Of a stretch of DNA of 64,000 nucleotides, positions 26,581 to 41,623 are shown piece by piece. The position numbers and the translations under genes are program-made. The notes under the pieces are model-generated. The model ran no database searches. It saw only the letters and a program-made list of their open reading frames with translations, and was not told the origin of the DNA. Each line of letters opens with the position of its first letter. Positions within the stretch are counted from its first letter, which is position 1. This DNA is from Sphaerodactylus townsendi (taxonomy: Eukaryota), in assembly GCF_021028975.2 (NCBI RefSeq), contig NC_059430.1:95480001-95544000 (forward strand), in the 5' to 3' direction.

Positions 26581-28516
26581 GTAATTCATGGCTTTGCAGA
26601 CTACTGGCAGTCACAAGACCTTAGTTCAGTGCTCAAATATATGTGTGTTTCTGACTGGTGCGTAGGTTATTGTCCTCATTTATTATCTAACTGATGGTTA
26701 GGTCACAATCCTGGTTTCCATGTAAAAAGTCCTGGAAATGATGGGGTGAACCTTACCAGTTTTTCTGCTTAATCTCATCCAATTCCTTCCTTAGGTCCCT
26801 TCTGCACATGTAGAATAATGCATTTTCAATCCACTTTCACAATTGTTTGCAAGTGGATTTTGCTGTTCCGCACATTAAAATCCAGCTGCAAAGTGGACTA
26901 AAAGTAAATAGAATGTGCAAAATTCTGCATGTGCAGAAGAAGCCTTAGTGTCCCCATTCCATGTGGCTTTTGTCTATGCAGATCCAGCAGGCCTTCTCAG
27001 TGGCCAGAAAGGGAACCACCTGTCTTATTCACAAGCAGAAAAGCTGGTAGGAGCCAACCTTATAGCTCTGAAAAAATGACAGAATTTTTATGATGTTAAT
27101 CCTGAGAACTACAATTCCCAGGGATCCTTGAAGTAATTTTTAAAAAAGTTGATGTAGGCGTAGTCTCAGATCAAGCTCACACCAAGAGATTTTGGAGAAG
27201 ATTCAAATGGCATGTCCTAACATTAGGGTTGATAGCTCCGGGATATGAAACACCTGGAGATTTTGGGGGTAAAGGCTGAGGAGGGCAGGGGTTTGGGAGG
27301 GGAGAGACTTGAATGAGGTATAATGCCATAGAATTTACCTTCCAAAGTGGCCATTTTTGCTGGATGAACATAGACCAGTTGTTAATAGCTGGAGATCTCC
27401 CTCTACCACCTGAAGGTGGGCAACCTTACATAATACTAATGAATTTTTTTAATGTGCTGTACAATTGACTGCCTCAGCTCTGGCCTATTTCTCCTCCACT
27501 TCCCAGTATGGCCCAAGGGTCAAATGTCCTGTTTTATTTTGCCACCCTGCATAGCAACCAAGTCTGCCATCAGAGTTAACTATCTCACCCAGTTTTGTGG
27601 TAGGATTGTCTCTGTCTCAGTAGTCTTTTTTAGGATGGCCAGGGACAGACCGGGGGTGTATGTGTGGATTATTTGTGAATTGGATAGGAGGCATCACTGC
27701 TGCTCTCTGCCTGAAGACCTCTGTTTTTATTTGAGCTGCTTTCAAGAAGCTGCAGCCCCTATGACCACTGCAGGATACTCAGTTTGATGGTCATGGGTTG
27801 CCAACTCCAGTCTGGGAAATCCTTGGTGATTTGAGGGTGGAGCCTGGGGATGGTGGGGTTTGAGGAGGGAAGGACTTGATTAGGCTTGGCAGGTGCCTGC
27901 TTACGGCAGGTAATCTCCTGGCAACTGTTCTTGATGAAATTGTGAAGGAGGGGAAGGATACATCAGTAACGTGCAAGCTTGCCAGCACCACTTCTGGTTT
28001 AAACAAGAAGTGACAAGGGATGCTCTGACATTTCTCAAAGACTCTATGGTGTAACTGTTGAGTTTTTGAGAAATACTAACTAGAGCATTTGCTAGGAATA
28101 CACTGACATCACTTATGAGTACACAGGGACTCCCAGCCAGGGAGTGATGTAAGCACATCATTGGTGATGTCATGGCAATGACACCCCCCCCCCCCACCTG
28201 CAGCACTGTGAGTCCCTCCTGGTTTCCCAGGAGACCAGGCAACCATAGACCTCAGTAAGGAATACAGTCACACAGTCCACCCTCCAAAGCAACCATTTTC
28301 TTTGGGGGAAGTAATCTCTGAAGGCTGGAGATCACTTGTAATGCCAGGAGGTCTCCGGGTCCCATCTGGAGGTTAGCAGCCACTGTCAGGACTATACCAG
28401 TAACATTTAGCTTGGTACGCTGGGTATGTACATCATATGTTTTACATTCGCTCGTGATAAAATTCTGTTTGATTTGGTTATATCTGGCTTTGTTCAATAC
28501 CTCTCAAATTTTACAG

Positions 28517-28606
28517 TGCACAGTGAACCTGGTAGATGGGAAACTAATATCCAAAACAGACAAGTTCACTCATGAGCAAGAAATAATAGGCAACGAAATG
28601 GTGGAG
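28517..28606 (+). CDS. FABP10: FABP10/LBFABP exon 3
   Basis: acag|TGC...GAG|gtgagt; CTVNLVDGKLISKTDKFTHEQEIIGNEMVE. Confidence 0.93.
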
Positions 28607-29149
28607 GTGAGTAAATACTCATGGAATGGGATGGAGGGAAAGGGTTGGGGGAAGAAAAAAATGTCTCAACTGACAAGGGGCTCAGCAGGAACCTCCATGC
28701 TCTTTGCCCCAGAAGTCTAATTCTCAAACATGTGAGGACACTAGGGATGCAATCGTTTCATCTGAATTGTGTATCCCTTTCTAGTTAGCAATGGAAAGAC
28801 TCTCTTCTCTTAACTTAGAGACACACTATTCCATCTTCTTTTTATGTTCCAGTAAATCCAAGCATTGCAAACAGGTTCTAAAAAGGACCAGTTCTCTGGC
28901 AAAACCACCCAAGCCACATCTTGGAGTGGCATAGTGAAAAGGCACTGATACCCACTAGGGGTTCAGGTGCCACCCACCAATCGGTGGCATGGAAGTGACT
29001 GGCATTCCCTTCTAATCCTGCACTGCTGCCTGCCAATTCCAACTCAAATACTTGTGGCATTGCTGCATGGGTTTGGCTTCGACTCAGACGGTCAGCAGCA
29101 GCGCATGCTCAGGAGAAGATGGGTGTATGTTACTCGAGGGTAACAAAAT

Positions 29150-29498
29150 ACCTTGAATGGACTGTGGTTTCAGGGCAACACCTTGGTGAAGCAAACTTTG
29201 AGCCTTGGAAGAAGCAATGAAAGCTTCAGCCCTCTCAAATACTAGTGCATGGAGTGCTTATGCAGCAGCCAGAGATGCGAAATTTGCATAAAGGCAAAGT
29301 CTGCTGCTTCTAAGTTGTCTAATCATTATGAGCCAAGAGACTGTGATTCTGGAAAAGGTGCACACTGACCTGATTGGGCCACTCAAACCCTCTGCCGGAG
29401 GGGCAAGATATGTTTTGAGTTTTGTGGACAGTGCAAGTCATATGTTTACTTGATCAAGACTAAGGACCAAGTGCCTGAGAAATTTAGGAATTATGTTA
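29150..29498 (+). mobile_element. Copia-type integrase fragment in FABP10 intron 3
   Basis: RCEICIKAK zinc-finger half, then LEKVHTDLIGPLKPSAGGARYVLSFVD and VYLIKTKDQVPEKFRNYV across frameshifts. Confidence 0.72.
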
Positions 29499-29810
29499 GG
29501 GCCTTTCCCCACTCTTTTCTCCTCGACGTTTCTATCATCGCTGCGCCGCGAATTCCCAGCTGCTACGCATCCCTAATGGTGCATGCTCCTGGCGTCTCTT
29601 TAATTCCTACTCTACGACCCATAACACTCTGGCGCTGGTCATCAAAAGGCGCCCTTTGCAAGAGTGCCAGGGATGCCTCACGCTGAGGGGGTGTGACAGT
29701 GGCAGCGTCGGGGCGGCTGCGCTGTCGCCGCCCCTCTCGTGGGGAGTGCCGGGGGACCCTTCGCTACTCTCTTCAAGTAGCGCGGGGCTTAAGGTAAGTG
29801 GGGAAAGGCC
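29499..29810. mobile_element. Harbinger-like MITE
   Basis: TIR GGCCTTTCCCCAC / GTGGGGAAAGGCC flanked by TTA; related palindromic MITEs near 8432-8580, 24886-25027, 26795-26945 and 35744-36175. Confidence 0.6.
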
Positions 29811-30275
29811 TTAGACTGCAGCCCTGAGCTCCCTTTCTTGGAAGTGAGTCCTGTTGAAATGTGTGGGACTTTTGATTAAACATGTTGGGCAGGGGAAGAG
29901 TCCTCAGATGGGAAAAGTCCTTCTTCTTCAAATGTTTCTATTTTTTTTCTCCACTGGGGCCTTCACACCTGTAATGTGAGTCTAAAGCACAGTATGCAAT
30001 ACTCTCTCTCTCAACAGCCAGGTACTCTATTGTGTAAAAGCGTATTTTCACATCAAAAAACATACAAATTTTGAGGTCTGACTCTATCATTCGATGAAGC
30101 CTGGGATCATTCAGTAATCAGTCCATAAGGTTTGATGGTTATGCCAATTCCTAAGATCTCTTACAACTTGCATTGTGTTGTGGCCTGATGTTTTCCATGT
30201 AGCTTACAGAAGTTTTAGATTGTTGTAAACGTCAATAAGAAAACTAACAAGACTCTTCAAACTTATCTTCCTCAG

Positions 30276-30326
30276 AAAATAACTGCGGGCTCAGCAACAT
30301 TTGTCAGAAAAAGCAGGAAGATTTAA
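30276..30326 (+). CDS. FABP10: FABP10/LBFABP exon 4 (stop)
   Basis: tcag|AAA...TAA; KITAGSATFVRKSRKI*; the four exons total 381 nt = 126 aa + stop; AATAAA at 30376-30381. Confidence 0.9.
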   Translation, partial: KITAGSATFVRKSRKI

Positions 30327-31682
30327 AACTGCAAAGGAAGACCTTATTTAGCAATTGATATTTTTATATTTGGGAAATAAAATACACTTTCCACCATCCG
30401 TAACGTTTTGTTTTATGTACTTGGCTTCAGTATCCAAAAAGATGAACAGGGGAATCACATAATTTTCTGGGAAACCGTGAGGCCAATTTGGAGAAGTCCC
30501 CACCCACTGAGCGGATTGATGATCACTCTTTCTTGTTTTAAAATTGGTCTCTCTTTGTAGGATCTACCCTCGGTCCAACCGCCTTCTATTGATAATGTAA
30601 ATGCATCAGCCTGTGTGTGTGCACTTCGTGTATTTGGGGAAGCAAACTCTGATTAACTTCTGCTGGAATAAATGTTGTTAGTATTTAAGGCACCACAATG
30701 TTCCTGTTATATTCTGTTTCTACAGCCTAACACAGCTACTTCCTTAAAGAGTGAGGACGGGGGTCCCCAGTGTGGTCCCTGTGGGCACCACGGTGTCTGC
30801 TAACGTCTTTTCTAGTGCCTGCCAAGTGTTTTTAGAAAGTAGGTGGGGTTAGGTGGGGGTTCTGCTGAACAAGGTTTTTGTCTGGCCAGTGGAAATATGC
30901 AGATTTTTCCAGAAGGTTCCTTTGGCAGCAGCTGCCAGTGAGGCACAAAAATCTTCACTGTGTGACTGAGAGAAAGCAGTGACAGCCATTTCATGGCCGG
31001 CTGCACCTTCTCTTACAGCTATTTTATTGAACCCATTTTGGGGCTGTGCCCTCCATGCTATGCCAGATTTCCAAAGGTCCCATCAGGACAAAAAAGATTG
31101 GGGACCCCTGAACTAAAAAAATTGTGCTATTTTATGGATCAGACAAAGTTTTTCCAATCCTTTTTGAGCATGCAGGTACAATTGGAATTATGACAGAGAG
31201 TGGTGGACATGATCACAAAATGGCTGATATGGGAGACGAAGCCAACCACAAAATGTTAGATAATTAGGTTATGCATAACTCCAACAGTAGCTCTTCAGCG
31301 TTTCAGGTTTAAAATTAATATTAAAATATTTCCCTGCATGCATACAAAATAAGTGTATGTATTGAGCTAGCTAAGAAACTAGGATTGCCAACTCAAACCT
31401 GAAAAATTAATGGAGATTTGGGGGTGGAGCGGAGTTTGGAGAGGGATTTCACCTAAAAATTATGATATACCATAATGATATACCAGAGAGTCTGCCCACT
31501 GAAGATGCTGTTTTCTCCAGGGGAACTGATTTCCATAGGCTGCGGACCTGTTATAATTCTGGGAGAACTCCAGGCCCCACTGGAGGATGGCAACCCTATC
31601 AGAAACTCTCATCTTATCAGCATCTGTCTTCATTTTGCATGCATCTAACACATTTATGCAAAAGGGGAAAAAAGTTGTCAAG

Positions 31683-31893
31683 AGGAGGAGGAGGAATTTG
31701 GATTTATACCCCACCTTTCTCTCCTGTAAGGAGACTCAAGGTAGCTTACAAGTTCCTTTCTCTTCCTCTCCCCACAACAAACATCTTGTGAGGTAGGTGG
31801 GGCTGAGAGAGTTCCAAAGAACTGTGACTAGCCCAAGGTCACTCAGCAGGAATGTAGGAGTGCAGAAACACATCTGGTTCACCAGATAAGCCT
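31683..31893 (-). mobile_element. Squam3-like SINE, 5'-truncated
   Basis: Reverse complement of the 3' two-thirds of the 16907 copy. Confidence 0.75.
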
Positions 31894-32037
31894 AAAAATT
31901 TGGTACTGTTAGCTTAAACATTGCTCTCCTGACAGGCACCCTCAAATTTTCCCCGGGGTTCTCTCTTTAAATCCACCCACTTTGGAGTGGATTTAAAGGG
32001 AAAATCTGGGCTCCCTAGATTAAAAAAAACATTGAAA

Positions 32038-32331
32038 GTATTGTTGAAGGCTTTCACAACCAGATTCAACTGGTTGTTGTGGGTTTTACAGGCTGTGTGG
32101 CTGTGGTCTGGTAGATCTTGTTCCTAACGTTTCACCTGCATCTGTGGCTGGCATCTTCAGAGGTGTATCACAGAGAGAAGTCTGTTATAAGAGAAGTCTG
32201 GACACAGTGTATAACAGACTTCTCTCTGTGATATACCTCTGAAGATACCCAGCCACAGATGCAGGTGAAACATGTAGGAACAAGATCTACCAGACCACAG
32301 CCACATAGCCCAGAAAAACACAACAACCAAC
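32038..32331. mobile_element. Penelope-like palindromic element
   Basis: Inverted arms around 32200, each with a CTGAAGA...GAAAC motif; flanking AACATTGA duplication. Confidence 0.72.
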
Positions 32332-34049
32332 AACATTGACAATGTTAACGCTGTTTGGGGTGGATGGGTGGGAAATCTACCCTGAAACAGCATCACTTTC
32401 AATGTTGTTTAAACTAGAGAGCCCAGAGTCTCTCTTTACGGTGGATTTAAAAGGAGAATCTGGGCTCTCTAGTTTAAACAACATTAAAAGTGATGCTGTT
32501 TCAGGGTGGATTCCCCCCTTCAAAAAATAGCATCACTTTCAATGTTGTTTCAACTAGGGAGCCCTGGATGTGTTCAGATTTGTGTGTTCGGGCATGTTCT
32601 ATAATGTGATGGTGACTTTGAGATGACCTGGTGCAAAAAAAATGTTGTTTGGTTGTGGTGGGGGAGGGACGCTGCCCATATGGGGGGGGGGGCGCGCAAA
32701 ACTCAGATTTTTGTCCCGGGCTCCATTTTCCCTAGCTACGCCACTGCTCTTGACCATATTAAGAGGATAATGTTTGATATTATCTCTGGAGAACATCTGA
32801 TTTATGCAGCGCGTATTTCTGTACTCCTTTGTCCAACTGTGTACTCAAAGACCTACTTGAACCCAGCTGTACCCAGATTCAGAATGAGAGCTCCTGGACA
32901 CACACAAAGTGCATTTCCCACAATAGTGGGGATAGATTTATGGAGAACAATCTATCCATGGCTCCGGGGCGGGGGGGGGGGGGGCAAAAAGCCCTGTTGC
33001 TGCTGCTTTGCAAGGCAAGATTTTTTTTTTTTGCAACAGCACACTCCTCACTGTGTAGCCCTGGGAGGGGAACCAAGGCAAAGAGCCGCATCATTGCAAC
33101 AGCGTTCTCCTCGCTGTGTAACCTGTGGGCAAAGAGCCCCATTACAGCTGCTCTACAAGACAAGATTTTTTAAAAAGAAAAAGCAGCAGCAGCGCTTTCC
33201 GTGGGGGGGGGGGGGGGCTAGACTAAGAGCCGGCAGAGAACAAGCAAAGGCATTTTTATTACTCAATTTGTGTCCCATTTATATGGTCATATTTAGTAGA
33301 GTGGGGTTGGGGAGTAGTCACCTAGCTTCTTTCCAAGCAGAGAATCAGGCTGAAAATTATTGAATGTGGAGATCTATCTAAGACTTCTTAGTGCCTTGCA
33401 GCCTGATGTTGAGAAGCTGATATCCCTGCACCAAGCACATCCATCCGGCTAAACTGTGAAGACATAATGGGATGCAAACATACCTTTTCATATTGCTAAA
33501 ACAGCTCAATAAATTGGTTTGTTTTTACTAGGTCATGTTTTATTTGTGAAATACGTGTGTGTGTGTTTACAGTGTTACAAGTTGTTTCAAATTTGCAGTA
33601 GACCTAATATAAAGAAAGGATGTGCTCATATGTATGTAAGGAGGACACTAGGGATATGGAGTCAAATGGGACAGCAGTCCAAAAGTTTGGGAATCACTGA
33701 GCTGGCCGGACCACTGGCCTCAACCAACATAAGTGCTCTTCTGTTCATGTTCCCCTGTGAATTAACAGAACGCCTAGGATGTGTTTTGTAGGGACCTAAG
33801 CAAGAGTTTCAGAGCATATATGGGGCATTATTTCTTTCACTTGGCAGATTTTTTTAATACACCAATATCCACATGTTTTTACAAGAACCACTTTCAACTA
33901 TTTGAAAATTGTAATCTACCTTAAAGACTTTAAAAAATAAATACGCATGTATAGAATACCACTTATTTGTTTCATTAAAGTTCAGAACCAATATGAAAAT
34001 CCCCCCCCCCCCCCCGCTCAACCTATCGGCCAGGAGGATTAAATGGGAA

Positions 34050-34800
34050 GTCGTTCCTCAACGGCGATGTCCTCAGTAACAGAAGATTTCACAGCCACCG
34101 CACGCTCAAAGCGGGAAAAATAACGACTAACTAACGCCCAGCACTACACCCGCTTCATTGACTGAAGTTAAATGTGAAGGAGCCGGGCAGTGCATGCGCA
34201 CAAAACACCACACGAAGCGTTTGACGGCCGCAACATTTACGCAGAAAGAAGCCGACTAGTAGTCCTCCTCCTCCCACTCTTTTGACTTGACTGCGCCTAG
34301 GTCCTGGGAGAACAACGCGCACGCGCTGCGGCACCTCCCCCACCCCTATTGTGAGCGAACAAGGTTTCCTCGCGCGCCCGCCCAACCGCTAGCGGCTGAA
34401 GCACCAACTCTCGCGAGGTGGTTTGGCGTGAGGTGGTTCTCAGCGTCTCGCCGCCGAAGTGGCCAGGTCTCGCGAGACGCCTCCAAAAGGCGGTTGGGCT
34501 GGAGGCGTTCTTTTTACGCCCCCCAGTCTGGAGAGGTTGCTTCCCTTTTCCCTCTTCCGTCTCTCCCCCACCCACGCAGCGGGTCGGCCACCAACACGAG
34601 CGCCATGTCTCGCTACTTGCGGCCTCCCAACACTTCTCTCTTTGTGCGGAACGTGGCCGACGACACCAGGTGTGTGTAAGTGAGGCGGGGGGGCGGGGAA
34701 CGGGTTGTCCTAGTACTGTCTCCGGCCTAGATGGCGCCTGAGCGAGTGACGATGTGGGGGCGCCGCCATCTGTTTAGACTTTGGCGGGCTGGCTTGACTG
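34050..34800 (+). promoter_or_regulatory. SRSF10 CpG-island promoter
   Basis: CpG-dense; NRF1-like TGCATGCGCA 34191-34200; TCTCGCGAGG 34409-34418 and TCTCGCGAGA 34468-34477; YY1-like AGATGGCG / CGCCATCT in early intron 1. Confidence 0.75.
34605..34669 (+). CDS. SRSF10: Serine/arginine-rich splicing factor 10, exon 1
   Basis: gccATG; MSRYLRPPNTSLFVRNVADDT(R); donor AG|gtgtgt. Confidence 0.95.
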
Positions 34801-37800
34801 GCTTCCCAAGAACGAAATAGGAGGCAGCCCAGAAGGCCTTCCCGCTCTTTTCCTCCGTTACTTGTGCTTCCCTTTTTTAAATTCGACTTGGCGCCAGAAA
34901 AGCTTTAAAAGATGTATTTAGAGCAGCGAGATAATTAAGAGAATGTGTTATACGTCTCACACGCATTAGGAGTTTCTTTTAACATCGTAACCTAACCCCC
35001 CCCCCTCCGCTTTTTCTATCTTTTTTATTTTATAACATTTGGCCTAATGAGTTATGGAAGCTCGAAAACTTGCACGCTCCTTTGGTTCATTTTCTTCCTT
35101 TTAAAAGAATTTATTTACTTTGTTTATCCTGTACATTCCCCCCCCCCAGTGGAAACCCTATTCTTAAAAAAAAAAAACACGTTAGATTAGGCTGAGTGTG
35201 CATGCTTTCCAGCAAGCTTTCATAGTATACTGGGCATTTGAACTTGAGTCTCCCTGAGCCTAGTCCACTGTTCTCACCACTTCGTGAGGCTGGCCGATTG
35301 TCGTTGGGTTGGTCCTAATAAAGGTATTGCATGGGTTGTATTCTTTACTGTCTCAAACCAGTAGTTCATCTAGTCTTAGTCAACCACTTGCCCAGGAGGG
35401 CCAGCAAGTAGGATGTAGAATGTAAATGCCAGGATCTTGATGATGCCTCCCAAGGCACTGAGATTCAAAGGACATGGAAGCCCTTTTAGTTATTTTTACT
35501 AGATGTAATCTCTGTGAGTTTCTTTAATCTCCTTTTAAAGTCATCTAGGCTTGTAGTCATCCCAATCTCCAGTGGTTGTGAATTCCACAATTTAATTAAC
35601 AAGGTAAATAACGAAATAGAATTCATGCTTGGTACACATGTTAGTTTGTAACAGCAAAATAAAACAGGCTCAGTGGCACTTGAAAGACTTAACCGACTGT
35701 ATTGCATGTAAGCATTCTTGAGTCAGGGTTCACTTCCAGGTCAGAGGCCCTTTCCGCACGGGCCTTTTACAGCGCCCTAGGGACAGCATAAACGCCGTTC
35801 CTAGGGAGCTGTTCGCATGGGGGGCGCAGCTACATTGCAGCCATGCTCCCCCCCCAGCGGCACGAAGCCACTGTTTCCAAACCTCGCTCCCTGAGCGAGG
35901 TTTTCTGGAAGGCGCCATCCCCACCTTTTCCAATCAACTTACCCGCCCTGCGACTCTGGAGTGGTCGGGCGGGGGGTGGGGTGTGTGTCCCCTGGCCTCG
36001 GCAATGCGCCGGAAGGTCGCAGGGAAGGTAAGTTGATTGGGCGACGGCGCAGCTCTTCCCTGTCTTTACCGGGACCGTTCATGCGAACGGTCCCGGGGTG
36101 TGTGTGTGTCGGCGTCATATGCGCCAACAAAAACACACACACACACCCCCAGCGTGGCCATGCGGAAGCGGCCAGAGTATCTCTTTATTATGCTGGGAAA
36201 ACGGAAGGGGGGATAATACAGAGAGGAAATAGATTAAAGCAATATCCCATCAAAATGGTAACTAATCCAATAAGTGGGTAAAAACCACTCCCAACTGCCA
36301 GTCTGGTTTTGCTTGTCTGTCTGCGGGTGGGAGTGGACCTCAGTCTTTAACAAGAATTGTGTGTTAAAATTTATGCAAAACATTTGTTTAATGAGGCTAG
36401 CCTTGAGAAAATACATTCTAAAACATCATGACTGGAATAAAGCAGCAGTCACACCTTTGCATGAGGAACAGCCTTTTTCCTCTTACATTTTATGTCCGCT
36501 CATTTTTCAACCCTACCTGAGCATTTTTTTAATCTCTCCCACCCCTATGCCTCCATGCTTCTATTATCAGTTTTGAAAGCATCCCTACCAAAGGACATTT
36601 CCCTATATGGGTGTGTGTGTGTAAAACATTACTAATACCACTCCTTGTCTGTAGTTACTTCCATATATTTCACTTCTATCACTTCACATTCTGCCTTTCT
36701 ATTTCTGCCTTCCCATCATGTCTGCAGTTAGTCTATTTTACATGGCCTCTGTTCTCTCAGGGTGATGAATTGAGAGGCAGTAAACCTTTTGAAATGTAAC
36801 TCATTTCTAAACTTACTGTGGTTTTTGTTTCCTAATTGCAAAACAAGTTCATTCTGATTCCTTCTCCCCAGTATAAAATGTGGAAGTCACAGATATCTCT
36901 ATCTATAAGCATATATATATGCCTATAGTGTATAATCTTAATGCTTATAGATATATGGAACCCCAAGATATATATAAGTGTGTATATTGATACTGATCAA
37001 TAGGTTACATTATGTAGTAATTTAACAAATTATGCAGAGATAGTCAATCCAAAACTTGCATCAGTTCCTTTCTCACAACTCATCTTCTCTCCTGGGCTTA
37101 CAAGAGACTCATGATTGAGTCCAAACCCACATGTTCAGAACTGCTGCTTTGAAGAATTACTTAAGATCTGTTGGAATGCTTCTGTTCCTCCTCCAGTCTC
37201 TTCCTTAACTTCATACTACCTTCAGACTAAGGTTTTTACAAAACACACTTAAGATGTTTCCCCCATCTGTTGCCGATCTGGAAAGAGAAGGGCAACATAA
37301 AAATCTAAATAAAGTGTAGTAGTAACGGGGCTTCCACAGCAACGACCATCCCTCACTACTAGGACTTTTAAATTGGCAATTTCACATTTTTATATCAGCA
37401 TATTATGACAATAAAAGTAACAGGTTCTGTGAATTCTCAACTTTAATTTTTTAAAAGAAAGTCTCTAGCTTTTTTGTTGCAAAGATGTACCTTTCCTGTT
37501 GTATCTCTGCAATAGAAGAGGATAGAGACTTTTTAAAAAAAGCTAGGAATTCATATAACCTATTTCACTTATTGCAATAGCAGCAAGACAGTATACAATT
37601 GCTCCCTTTGGCTGTGGGGACTGTGTCTGGGAAAACATAGACTTTCCCACCACACAGCCGCTAATCCTGGCTTTACTCAGTCTTTTCCAAAACTTTGCAG
37701 CAAAGCAGGTTTAAGAAAGATTGGGGGGTGAGAGGCAAGCCTGGATACCCTAGGAAGTGCATGGAAATATGATAGTGCTGTAGAGTAGCAAGAGTGGAAA

Positions 37801-39010
37801 AAGAAAGTAAAACTTCTCAACAGCATGGATAGTTTTTAATTAAAGGTCCTTTGCTCAAATTTAATCACATTTGTGAATGCATAATTGAGTCGTAAGTTTG
37901 TAATCGGGAACAGTTAATACATTTGGGAGCCAAACTGAGAAGTAATAGTAATTTTAATTAAATGACAGATACCTAAATTTGTGGGCTGTTTCATCAAATT
38001 ACTTCACAAAAGTCCCCCCCTCCCTATCTGTTTTCAATTTTTGGTACAGTAACTACTGATTGGTGTTTCTTTGGTTCTGAATTCCCTCTTAATATTATCT
38101 GAGGAAACATTAAGTTAATTATTGCTTTTGTAAAACGGTTAGTTTTCCCGTATGTATTTGATTTTTATTAAAGCAGCAGCCAAGTTCTTAGAATGCACCC
38201 TTCTTTGAGTCTCATCTGGTTTCAGTTTTTCTTATGAATCAGCTTCTCTGTAAACTGCAAAAGGATCATTCTGATGTGTTGAACTTGATATTGAAAAAGA
38301 GTTGGTTTCCAAGAAACTGAGTGTATTCAGGAATTGTAGCAATCCACAGAAGCTACACTTTTGTCTGTTCAGTCATTTTGATTTATAAGAATTGTAAAAC
38401 TTGGGAGATGGGTGACAGGGGTCATCTTTAGTATTGTTGCACATAATGCAATGTATAATGTCTGTAGTGCTGTTTGGTTGAACCACTTCATATATTGTCT
38501 CAATCATTAAAATAGCTCACGTTATTATAGCAGTATTGTAGAAGAGGAGTTGAGAGAGTGACTTGTCTAGGACCATATAGTGAGCTGCTAAACAAGGAGA
38601 GATTTGAACTGAGAATTTCCTAGTTTACAGTGCTAGAAGGCTGTAGGACTGTTAATGATTGCATTATTTCTTAGCTGCTATGCTGTATTAGCTGTCGTTT
38701 ACTTTTCTGTGTCCATCTGTTTAATTATTAGTCATTCACCCACTAGCATGTGTCCTTTTTGTCATTTCTGAGTTCTGGAGGGAGGATTCAGTATAGACTT
38801 GAAAGCCATCTAAAACCTGTTCATTATTAAAGTACTCCTGATATTAAATGCACCTTTATGACATGAGTTTCATTGTCTTTTACTTCCATATTGTATGGGG
38901 GGGGCTGGCTAGGGCTGCTTAAAATAGTATTGGCACTAAGTAGAGTTTAAACAACTAGAATTTTGTTTCACAACTTCATGTAATATTTCCAGGGGAGACA
39001 CAAATATTAA

Positions 39011-40749
<1,739 letters not shown>

Positions 40750-41199
40750 TGAATTGTGTTCACAATTAATTTAACCCTTAAATAATTGGGGCTTAAATTT
40801 TATTACATGGGGTTATAAACCCCAAATCTGCTACATATGTAGAACTTGAATTTTTGTTGTGCTCACTTCACAGTCCACCAAACTGTCTTGAGCTGAGTCC
40901 TGAAATGATGGTTCACAGTAAGATGATCAAGTTGATCCTCTCGGGGTTTTGCATCCTATTTCAACAGATGTTTTTGTGGTGGGAGTATGTGTGTGGATTT
41001 CTATATATGTCAACTATACTCTTGTGTTTTAATTGTTTTGTTTTTATGGTAGCTGTCCTTGGCTCTGAGGAGGAAAGGCAGGATATAAACATGTTAATGA
41101 CAGGAAGAAATTGGATTTACCAAAGCCAGTTGGAATATATTAAAGTATCAGATAGTAATCTGTAAACATTAAGAAACTGTGTTCAATTTTTTTCTTCAG

Positions 41200-41362
41200 C
41201 TCCAAACCAAATGAAAGCCAAGGAAGGAAGAAATATGTACAGCTCTTCCCGTTACGATGACTATGACAGATACAGGCGTTCTAGAAGCCGTAGTTATGAA
41301 AGAAGGCGTTCTAGAAGCCGATCCTTCGACTACAACTATCGCCGATCTTATAGTCCTAGAAA
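41200..41362 (+). CDS. SRSF10: SRSF10 coding exon (RS1 region)
   Basis: tcag|CT...AA|gtaagt; TPNQMKAKEGRNMYSSSRYDDYDRYRRSRSRSYERRRSRSRSFDYNYRRSYSPR. Confidence 0.95.
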
Positions 41363-41623
41363 GTAAGTGTTGTTCTTGGCTTGACCTATGCTGCCATGTG
41401 AAGGAGAAGAGAGATCATATTGCCTGTCTGACACCTCTAAGTATCCAGTCTTTTTTGTAATTACATGCATGGAAGTGTTTTTTGCCTTGCATGCACCATC
41501 TGGTCTACAATAGTCTGTGCCATTGAAGAGGAAAAAAAGTGCATCTCAAGAAACTTCTTAGTGGATGCGTGTGTTATTGTAAAGTATATGCCACTGTTTA
41601 CTTTTTCTGATGTACCTTTTTAG

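Noticed and set aside
32623-33363. 246-aa plus-strand ORF upstream of SRSF10
   Set aside because: Built from homopolymer runs and MITE fragments; no recognisable homology or splice structure
34287-34604. In-frame N-terminal extension of SRSF10 from a non-ATG start
   Set aside because: GC-rich promoter/5' UTR open by chance; the canonical ATG at 34605 gives the expected 262 aa
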